Source of the DNA: Geosiphon pyriformis uo1 | Taxonomy: Eukaryota; Fungi; Glomeromycota | NCBI GenBank assembly: GCA_016748015.1 | Contig: JAAOMT010000570.1 | Span: 805,231 to 869,230 of the forward strand | DNA length: 64,000 bases | Direction of reading: 5' to 3' | Part shown: positions 25,274 to 34,879 of the stretch, piece by piece | How the letters are laid out: each line of letters begins with the position of its first letter | Position numbering within the stretch: the stretch's first letter is position 1 | Made by a program: the position numbers and the translations under genes | Notes under the pieces: generated by a model | Databases searched by the model: none | What the model saw: the letters and a program-made list of their open reading frames with translations, nothing else | Told to the model about the DNA's origin: nothing

Positions 25274-28200
25274 TGTTACGGTTTAAGAATTTAGCAAAAA
25301 GAATCATAAAAATAATACAAACTATTCAATCATAATATAGCACAGTAATAATCTTAGAAAGGTAATGATTAACATAGTAGCAAACACCATCTCGCGATAG
25401 TGGCAAGCACCAGTTCACAATAGCAGCCAACACCAACTGGTGATAGCAGCAAGCACCAGGTTGAAATATCAAAAAGAAAGTATTTTCTCGTAGAACTACA
25501 AACATGTATATATACAGTAGTTTTAATATTGGGAAAGAATCAATCAAGTAATAAAAATCATAACTTATCAAGCAATAGATCCAATTTTATCCAACAAACT
25601 CCACTTTAAATCATACTTTCAAATTAAATATCCCAAGAAACCTTTAAAATCAAAAAGAAATGAAAAAGAATATTTAAAACTGAACTATCACAACCCAAAG
25701 AATTAAGAAACTTACTTGTATTATTTATTGAATGAAACTANNNNNNNNNNNNNNNNNNNNACATTAGAGAAAAGAGTAACGCAATTAGGGGAGGAACTCT
25801 CTAAGAAAATAGAAAGTTACCTCATCCCGGATCCGAGAAAAAATACATACCAACCACCCCAAAGACGCAGCCAGGAAGTCAGCGACAGTCGAAATAATCG
25901 CTCGTCGCGCCAGGAATTCAGAACAGAAACACGCGCCTGCCATTTTTGCAAACGCGTAGGACATTTGATTAGTCAATGTCGAACGCGAATGATGCAGGAA
26001 GCACGCGAAAATAATTACTACACGCCACCCCAAATGCCCAGAAACCAGTACATGCCAATACCACGCCAATATCTCACCACGTATCAAAATCAAGGAGCTT
26101 ACCAGCAACAGCCCATGATAGCCAACCCGAATTGGCGTTCCGAGGCCCGAAATCAGCCCATGTGGAACCAGAACGCGTTGGTCCAGAGGAATCCAAACCG
26201 CGCCGGAACCAATCAGCAAACCAATCCAAACTACCAAAATTATCAACAAACTTACCTTAATATACCGGAAAACCTGATCATCGGAAACAATGACGGTAGA
26301 AACATAAACAGAACCAAGAATTCCTCCAAATTGAGCCAGACNNNNNNNNNNNNNNNNNNNNAGAAGATTAAAAAGCAGCATTTTAGGAAGAGTATGCCCT
26401 GCCCACCCTAATTCCTTACCAAAAGCCGTTACGCTCGCCAGAGCCCTTGAATCGGCTGAGAAAGAAGCTAACCATAGTCAAATGGTTAACATGGTAATGG
26501 AAGAAAATAAGACAGAAACATTAGAGAAAAGAGTAACGCAATTAGGGGAGGAACTCTCTAAGAAAATAGAAAGTTACCTCATCCCGGATCCGAGAAAAAA
26601 TACATACCAACCACCCCAAAGACGCAGCCAGGAAGTCAGCGACAGTCGAAATAATCGCTCGTCGCGCCAGGAATTCAGAACAGAAACACGCGCCTGCCAT
26701 TTTTGCAAACGCGTAGGACATTTGATTAGTCAATGTCGAACGCGAATGATGCAGGAAGCACGCGAAAATAATTACTACNNNNNNNNNNNNNNNNNNNNNN
26801 NNNNNNNNNNNNNNNNNNNNNNNNNNNNNNNNNNNNNNNNNNNNNNNNNNNNNNNNNNNNNNNNNNNNNNNNNNNNNNNNNNNNNNNNNNNNNNNNNNNN
26901 NNNNNNNNNNNNNNNNNNNNNNNNNNNNNNNNNNNNNNNNNNNNNNNNNNNNNNNNNNNNNNNNNNNNNNNNNNNNNNNNNNNNNNNNNNNNNNNNNNNN
27001 NNNNNNNNNNNNNNNNNNNNNNNNNNNNNNNNNNNNNNNNNNNNNNNNNNNNNNNNNNNNNNNNNNNNNNNNNNNNNNNNNNNNNNNNNNNNNNNNNNNN
27101 NNNNNNNNNGCTCAGAGAAGCACAAAAAGCCATCCAGGCAAATAACTGGAACGACCAAAGAGCAATTCAAACATTACCTTTCTTCCTGAAAGGCACAGCC
27201 AACTCGTGGTATCAAAGCCTGAAAACAAAACCCACGAGCTTCGCCGAATTTAAAAATGCACTCCTGGAGTATTTTAGCGACCCAAACGCCGTAATCCAAC
27301 TACAGAACGAATTCAATACTATCAAGCAAAATACTGGTGAAACTGTCACCCAATACCTTGCTCAATTCAATCGAATTCGCCGTTAGATTGAAGCGATTGA
27401 ACAAGGATACTACACTGATCCTCAGGTTTTAAATCAGTTTATTAGAAGATTAAAAAGCAGCATTTTAGGAAGAGTATGCCCTGCCCACCCTAATTCCTTA
27501 CCAAAAGCCGTTACGCTCGCCAGAGCCCTTGAATCGGCTGAGAAAGAAGCTAACCATAGTCAAATGGTTAACATGGTAATGGAAGAAAATAAGACAGAAA
27601 CATTAGAGAAAAGAGTAACGCAATTAGGGGAGGAACTCTCTAAGAAAATAGAAAGTTACCTCATCCCGGATCCGAGAAAAAATACATACCAACCACCCCA
27701 AAGACGCAGCCAGGAAGTCAGCGACAGTCGAAATAATCGCTCGTCGCGCCAGGAATTNNNNNNNNNNNNNNNNNNNNNNNNNNNNNNNNNNNNNNNNNNN
27801 NNNNNNNNNNNNNNNNNNNNNNNNNNNNNNNNNNNNNNNNNNNNNNNNNNNNNNNNNNNNNNNNNNNNNNNNNNNNNNNNNNNNNNNNNNNNNNNNNNNN
27901 NNNNNNNNNNNNNNNNNNNNNNNNNNNNNNNNNNNNNNNNNNNNNNNNNNNNNNNNNNNNNNNNNNNNNNNNNNNNNNNNNNNNNNNNNNNNNNNNNNNN
28001 NNNNNNNNNNNNNNNNNNNNNNNNNNNNNNNNNNNNNNNNNNNNNNNNNNNNNNNNNNNNNNNNNNNNNNNNNNNNNNNNNNNNNNNNNNNNNNNNNNNN
28101 NNNNNNNNNNNNNNNNNNNNNNNNNNNNNNNNNNNNNNNNNNNNNNNNNNNNNNNNNNNNNNNNNNNNNNNNNNNNNNNNNNNNNNNNNNNNNNNNNNNN

Positions 28201-30123
28201 NNNNNNNNNNNNNNNNNNNNNNNNNNNNNNNNNNNNNNNNNNNNNNNNNNNNNNNNNNNNNNNNNNNNNNNNNNNNNNNNNNNNNNNNNNNNNNNNNNNN
28301 NNNNNNNNNNNNNNNNNNNNNNNNNNNNNNNNNNNNNNNNNNNNNNNNNNNNNNNNNNNNNNNNNNNNNNNNNNNNNNNNNNNNNNNNNNNNNNNNNNNN
28401 NNNNNNNNNNNNNNNNNNNNNNNNNNNNNNNNNNNNNNNNNNNNNNNNNNNNNNNNNNNNNNNNNNNNNNNNNNNNNNNNNNNNNNNNNNNNNNNNNNNN
28501 NNNNNNNNNNNNNNNNNNNNNNNNNNNNNNNNNNNNNNNNNNNNNNNNNNNNNNNNNNNNNNNNNNNNNNNNNNNNNNNNNNNNNNNNNNNNNNNNNNNN
28601 NNNNNNNNNNTTTGCTACAGAACAATTCAGAAAAGCCTTATACCATTGAATCTAAGGAAAAGATTGCACAAGCAATTTTCCTACCATTGGTAAAAATTGG
28701 GAAATTTGTGCCAGTAGAAAATCGTGAGGAATTGTCACAAACAACGAGAGGAACTTTTGGTTTCGGATCGACAGGAAAAGGAATTGAAGCGAATTTCGCT
28801 GAAACAATAAAGGAAAAAGGCGAAGTAATTAAAAATGAGCGGTCCATCACGCTCCTACCATATAGAAAATCAGAAATAAGAATAAAAAGGACAATTAAAG
28901 AAAAAGACCTAATATTTGAGCCCTACCCAGAAACTTGCCAACAGTTTCTCATAGGACTTACTAACCTTTTTATTCCAGCTGATAAAGCTCAATGGATAAA
29001 AATTCCTATCGCAAACACNNNNNNNNNNNNNNNNNNNNTGGGTTTGTTCTGGTTTTGTTATATTTTTATGTTGAAATGTTTTTTGATTTGTCTTATTTGC
29101 AACAAACTGTTGTTACCTGAGTAGAAAAACTGATCCAAGGTTATGAAGAAACGTGACCAAAACGTGACATAACACAGAATAATGCACAATAATGTTGGAT
29201 AATGCGTTATAACGTAGGATAACATGTTATAATACAGAATAACACAAAATAGCATGCTGTTACAGTTTAAGAATTTAGAAAAAAGAATCATAAAAATAAT
29301 ACAAACTATTCAATCATAATATAGCACAGTAATAATCTTAGAAAGGTAATGATTAACATAGTAGCAAACACCATCTCGCGATAGTGGCAAGCACCAGTTC
29401 ACAATAGCAGCCAACACCAACTGGTGATAGCAGCAAGCACCAGGTTGAAATATCAAAAAGAAAGTATTTTCTCGTAGAACTATAAACATGTATATATACA
29501 GTAGTTTTAATATTGGGAAAGAATCAATCAAGTAATAAAAATCATAACTTATCAAGCAATAGATCCAATTTTATCCAACAAACTCTACTTTAAATCATAC
29601 TTTCAAATTAAATATCCCAAGAAACCTTTAAAATCAAAAAGAAATAAAAAAGAATATTTAAAACTGAACTATCACAACCCAAAGTATTAAGAAACTTACT
29701 TGTATTATTTATTGAATGAAACTATCATTCATCAACTGAATCCCTTGGAAGAATAATCCTTGATCAAGATTATTCACGTTGTTACTAATTGATAAAAGCT
29801 TTATTGTGAGAATTAGAAAAGCGCTAAAGACCATTAACATTCTGTGTTTCTAGATTAGAGAAACACATCAGGCAATTGCAAGGATAGCCTCAGAGAAGAC
29901 CCCAGACAGTGGGTAGATTTCAGTTCAGCCTCTGAGAAGGAGTACATAAACACACACAACAATCAAGAATTAAAGAATAACTTACATCGCAACAGTAAAA
30001 AGAAAGCCTTCAGTGTAACAGTGACATTATCACACAAATAGAATTGAGGAACTCATGAAAGACTGATTGCAATTAAAGCGGGATATCAGCAATTAAATAT
30101 AACAAGAAAACCATCCCATAACA
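25274..30123 (+). mobile_element. Ty3/Gypsy LTR element A inserted in the LINE-b RNase H; interior gapped, with gag (capsid, CHFCKRVGHLISQC knuckle) and dUTPase C-terminal fragments
   Basis: Begins TGTTAC, ends ATAACA, flanked by GCGT (25270-25273 / 30124-30127). 25274-25740 is near-identical to 29258-29724. EKIAQAIF..TTRGTFGFGSTG at about 28655-28775 matches dUTPase motifs 4 and 5. Confidence 0.82.
29258..30123 (+). repeat. Right-hand LTR of element A (866 bp)
   Basis: TGTTA...TAACA termini; direct repeat of the LTR starting at 25274. Confidence 0.88.
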
Positions 30124-31429
30124 GCGTGCTGATGTGCTTGCTAAAGATGCTACTCTTTCTGCTTGGTACCTGCCCTATTTAGTCAGTGAAAGGTTTCTGA
30201 AGGCTGGTGGTGCTGCAGTTTCTGGTAATTTTAGGCATTTTGTTCGCGATGTTTTCCGGTGTTATAGGTGATTATTTGGGGTCTCAAATCAAATAACAAA
30301 CCCGTAACTTGGTGCTCAATTGATATAATATTGTTAGTAATATTTGAAGGTATTGTTATCTGAAGATTTTGGTTGAGTTCTTTGTATAATGAACAGAGAT
30401 TCAATAAGGTTGATAGTAGTTGTATTCTCAAGTTGTTTTCCCAATTTTTTTCTCAGCTTGGTGGCCAGATTTATTCTGGCAGTTGTGCCCTTCTGGTAAG
30501 CTATCTAATAATATATAATTCTACCCTTATTTCTGGGTCTTTTATTAGGCTATCTGTGACGTTAATAACTCAGTGCTTAATTCTTTTAATCAATTTAGTG
30601 AACAACAAAAGAAAATAAAATAAAATAAAAAAAATAAAAGAAAATAAAAAAATAAAAAAATAAAAAAATAAAAAAATAAATAAGTGTCCTGTCAATAGCC
30701 GTGATCAAGAGCTATTGTGCCAGCAGGTTAAGTAGTGGATAATAACATGAATTTGAAGATAATAGATAATTTCATTAATATGAGAGCAATTTCACTTCAA
30801 GTTATAGTATTTTATCTTTGAAGAAAAGATATTTAATAATTATGACCTGTGAGTCTAATTGACTCTGAGAGTCCTATTGACTCTCAATCTTCTTAACTTT
30901 GAGCCTAATTGACTTTGGAAGTCTATTTGACTAATTTTCTAGCTTCTGATACTACTGCTATATATACATAATTGAGATTCCTCAATTCCTCAATTCTTTA
31001 CACCAGGAATCCTGGAATTCCTGGAATTCTGCAATTCCTCTGAGAGAAATTCTGGAATTCCACATTTACTATGTCTCCTTCTGATTGGCTAATTTATATG
31101 TTAATATATTTCTTATATTCTATGAGTAACATTATTTTCTTCTTTAATATTGAGCTCCTGCGAAATTTTCTAAATTTCTTTTTTGTATCAATGTTGTTGC
31201 TATAATTTCTATTGTTTATTTTTTTTTTTTAAATCTAATTTTATACATGACTGGGGTTTTTAACTATAGTGGTCTGTCCAGAATATCAATTTCAAATCTT
31301 GCATCTGTATTATGTGCATGTTCAGACATAATGTCCTCATTATTATTACTGAATTGAGTTAATTTCTGCTCTATTATAAGATTTAGAAGCATAATATATT
31401 GTTTGGTGTTTGAAGTGGAGTTTGAATTG

Positions 31430-31630
31430 TTGTTGGCGGAGTTTAAATTGTCATTTGTCATTTAGTGGAATTTGAATCATTGTTGTCATCAGTGGAGTTT
31501 GAATCATTGTTGTTATCAGCAGAGTTTGAATCATTGCTATTATTAGTGGAGTTTGAATTATTGCTGTTATCAGTGGAGTTTGAATTGTTGCTGTTATCAG
31601 TAGAGTTTGAATTAGAATTAAGTTCCAATT
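31430..31630 (-). repeat. Approximately 30-bp coding repeat (NSNSTDNSN-like Asn/Ser linker preceding dUTPase)
   Basis: Repeated GGAGTTTGAAT(T/C)(A/G)TTG(C/T)T(G/A)TTATCAGT units; an equivalent Asn-rich linker lies at 44200-44290. Confidence 0.8.
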
Positions 31631-31879
31631 CTGATTCCCATTTGTTCTTGCTGATTGGCTCTTCTTCGAATATATGACACATGGGAGTGAATTGTGATTA
31701 CATCCCAATATTCTGATTCAGAACCATCAGATGAGTTTTGCTGATTTATTGGTACTGTGGAAATTAGGTTTTATTGAGCTATTGGAGGTAAGTTTCTTTG
31801 TATGATAGTGGGGTTTGGAATTTATCGGACTTCGAATGTTTGGGTTTTTAGATAATTCCTGGAGTTTGAATTGCTAAAG

Positions 31880-32690
31880 GTTTAATGAATTTTATCAATG
31901 GTAAGTTTCTTTGTATGATAGCGGAGTTGGAATTATTGGGTTTCGAATGTTTGGGTTTTTGAATAATCAGGGCTTAAATAATTGGAGTTTTAATGAGTTT
32001 TAATGAGTTTATCAAAAGTAAGTTTCGAATGTTTGGGGTTTTAATGATCATGTCTTGAATAATCGGAGTTTTAATTTAATGAGTTTTTAACGAATTTATC
32101 AACGGTAATTTTTAAATGTTTGGGGTTTTAATGATTAGGTCTTGAATAATTGGAGTTTTAATTTAACAAGTTTTTAACTAATTTATCAACAGTAATTTTC
32201 GAATGTTCGAAGTTTTAATGATCAGGTTTTGAATAATTGGAGTTTTAATTTAACAAGTTTTTAACAAATTTATCAATGGTAATTTTCAAATGTTCAGGGT
32301 TTTAATGATTGGGTCTTGAATAATTAGAGTTTTAATTTAACAAGTTTTTAACGAATTTATCAAAGGTAATTTTCAAATGTTTGGGGTTTTAATGATCGAG
32401 TCTTGAATAATCGGAGTTTTAATTTAACAAGTTTTTAACGAATTTATCAAAGGTAATTTTCAAATGTTTGGGGTTTTAATGATCGAGTCTTGAATAATCG
32501 GAGTTTGAATTTAATGATTTTTTTTTATCAAAGGTGAGTTTCGAATGTTTGGGGTTTTAATGATTGGGTTTTGAATAATCAGAGTTTTAACAAGTTTTAA
32601 CAAGTTTATTAATGATAATTTTCAAATGTTCGGGGTTTTAACAATCGGGTCTTGAATAATCGGAGTTTTAATTTAATGAGGTTTTCAAAG
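31880..32690 (-). repeat. 87-bp tandem array (about 9 imperfect copies) inside element B
   Basis: Period measured directly (CAAGTTTTTAACGAATTTATC at 32341 and 32428). Confidence 0.9.
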
Positions 32691-32800
32691 GTAATGGTAA
32701 AATAAAGATTTTGCAAATCCTAAGTGATTTTCCCTTGTTTTCTCTTGGTCTGTCACTTTCTTGTATGGTTGTTGTTGGTACTGGTTCTCTGTTAGATTAT

Positions 32801-32818
32801 ACCTCACAGGGAGCACCA
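32801..32818 (-). promoter_or_regulatory. Primer-binding site of element B (TGGTGCTCCCTGTGAGGT)
   Basis: Lies 2 nt inside the 5' LTR end; begins TGG, complementary to a tRNA CCA end. Confidence 0.85.
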
Positions 32819-34643
32819 AATGTTACAGGTGATTATTTGGAGTCTCAAATCAAATAACAAATTCGTAACTTGGTGCTCAATTGATATAATATTGTTGGTA
32901 ATATCTGAAGGTATTGTTATCTGAAGGTTTTGGTTGAGTCTTTTGTATAATGGACAGAAATTCAATAAGGTTGATAGTGGTTGTATTCTCAAGTTGTTTT
33001 CCCAATTTCTTTCTCAGCTTGGTGGCCAGATTTATTCTGGCAGTTGTGTCCTTCTGGTAAGCTATCCGATAATATATAATTCTACCTTTGTTTCTAGGTC
33101 TTTTACTAGACTATCTGTGATGTCAATAACTTAGTGCTTAATCTTTTTAATCAATTTAGTGAACAACAAAAGAAAATAAAATAAAATAAAGAAAATAAAA
33201 GAAAATAAAGAAATAAGAAAATAAAATAAGAAATAAGTGTCCTGTTAATAGTCATGATTAAGAGCTATTGTGTTAGCAGGTTAAGTAGTAGATAATAATA
33301 TGGATTTGAAGATAATGGATAATTTCATTAATATGGAAGTGATTTCACTTCAAGTTATAGTATTCTATCTTTTAAAGGAAGGATATTTAATAATTATGAC
33401 CTGCGAGTTTAATTGACTCTGAGAGTCCTACTGACTCTCAGTCTTCTTAACTTTAAGCTTAATTGACTTTGGAAGTCTATTTGACTAATTTTCTAGCTTT
33501 TGATATTACTGCTATATATACATAATTAAAATTTCTCAATTTTTTAATTCTTCACACCAGGAATCCTGAAATTTCTGGAATTCTGCAATTCCTCATATAA
33601 GAATTCTGAAATTTCTGGAATTTTGCAATTCCTCTGAGAGGAATCCTGGAATTCCACATTTACTATGTCTCCTTCTGATTGGTTAATTTATATGTTAATA
33701 TACTTCCTATATTCTATAAGTAATACTGGTCAGTTTATTGTGCATGCTGAGAGATTGGTTCTGGTTCACGGGTTGTTCCGGTCAGTTTGCATGCTGATAT
33801 TGATTAGTTGTGGTTCTCTTTGATGTGGCATTCGGACTCTCATTTGGCTTTGAGTTTTACTAGTAGACATACTGCTGGCTTATGGACTTACTTTATGAAG
33901 GCTCTTCATCATTGGCTCTCTGTTGCTGTGTGGAAGTGTTTGTATGATAGGTGCTTTGCCAGTGTAATGTGTTTGTTTTGTGGTGACATTGAGGTTTTAT
34001 ACCATATTTTTTCTTGTCCATTTGATGCTGTTGGTCATGCTCAGTTGTTTGTTGCTCATGTGTTGGCTTGGGAGGCTCATTTTGGTTTGGTCCGGTCTTC
34101 TTCATGTGTCTCCCAGTTGCTGTTTACTTGCATTGCAGATGCTGCAGTCAGTACAGCTCTGTGTAAGCACTTTGTTTTCAGTGATTGGTATCAAGAGTCA
34201 TTGTCAGTTTTTAAGGATTCTATGATTGCGGCTTCAAATATTGTATATTTTGTACATGGATTTTGTGTGTTTTTCCGGAATGATATTTGGCTGGTCTACG
34301 CTAAACACTAGGCTTTCATGGAGAAAAATGGGCTGATTCCATGTGATGGTTCTATTCCTGTTCCAGTCTCTGGTTTTTTTATGGTGTTCTCTTCTAATGT
34401 GGTTAGATTGTTGGGTATTGCTGATGCTGTTGGTATTGGTTTTGGGTTTTGCAAACCTTGTTTGTTTTTTTCAGATATTTGTGATGCAGTCTCCATTCAT
34501 ATAGGTGCTTAGTGTTGTTCTGATTGGCCTGAGTGGCTGGTTACATGTGGAAAATGCATGATTCACTCCTAGTTTAGATTATTTGATTGATGTATAGTAC
34601 TAGGTTGTGTTTGGACTTTACTTATTAAACGTAATAAAAAAAA

Positions 34644-34780
34644 AATTAAAATATTTGAATAAATTTTTATAATTTGGTGTTTTTATATAATTAAAATATT
34701 TGGATAAATTTTTATAATATGGTGTTTTTATATAATTAAAATATTTGAATAAATTTTTATAATTTAGTGTTTTTATATTT
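34644..34780. repeat. 45-bp minisatellite (3 copies here, a further copy at 19461-19513)
   Basis: AATTAAAATATTTG(G/A)ATAAATTTTTATAATTTGGTGTTTTTATAT starts at 34644, 34689 and 34734. Confidence 0.88.
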
Positions 34781-34879
34781 AAAAATTTTATTATTTAAGT
34801 TTTTATGTAAAAATTAATTTTAATAATTATATGTTTAATTTATTTTACTTTTTTTAACAGATTTTTTTTGGTATTTAAT

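Larger units (their letters stand above)
30260..33725 (-). mobile_element. Non-autonomous, internally deleted LTR element B (LTRs 32821-33725 and 30260-31131; PBS 32801-32818; decayed PPT next to 31132)
   Basis: Two direct LTRs of about 0.9 kb; TSD CCGG (30256-30259) / CTGG (33726-33729). The 1.7-kb interior has tandem repeats, an Asn/Ser linker and only the first residues of dUTPase (HAHNTDARF); no RT or integrase. Confidence 0.9.
21500..34512 (+). pseudogene. LINE-b ORF2 (APE endonuclease, reverse transcriptase, RNase H), split into 21500-25273, 30128-30259 and 33730-34512
   Basis: TCNIRG, ILGGDFN, TIDYVF, TDH (APE); LQDMWKAYDSV, GL(Q)GEMFSPLL, AFVDDT, YLG (RT); YTDRSL, ELQAI, SDSQA, GNKRAD (RNase H). 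Confidence 0.9.
19514..34645 (+). mobile_element. LINE-b: full-length non-LTR retrotransposon interrupted by two LTR-element insertions; probable ~13-bp TSD AATTAAAATATTT (19501-19513 / 34644-34656)
   Basis: ORF1 with CGKCGRFRHSALEC knuckle; ORF2 with endonuclease, RT, RNase H and C-terminal CLFCGDIEVLYHIFSC. The frame resumes across both insertions (25273/30128 and 30259/33730). Poly(A) at about 34636-34645. Confidence 0.93.

Noticed and set aside
25761-27757. Three copies of the same gag segment (TLEKRVTQLGEELSKKIESY...), suggesting a tandem gag amplification
   Set aside because: The copies are identical where they overlap and each is bounded by N gaps; most likely a scaffolding or gap-filling artefact.
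26726-28649. Long ORFs in the track containing runs of X
   Set aside because: They are open only because they cross N gaps.
31880-32690. CRISPR-like array
   Set aside because: Units are contiguous tandem copies without unique spacers, there are no cas genes, and the context is eukaryotic.
25326-33134. Duplicated small ORFs (25326/29310; 30231/32804; 30373/32934) as gene pairs
   Set aside because: They lie inside LTRs and recur only because the LTRs are duplicated.
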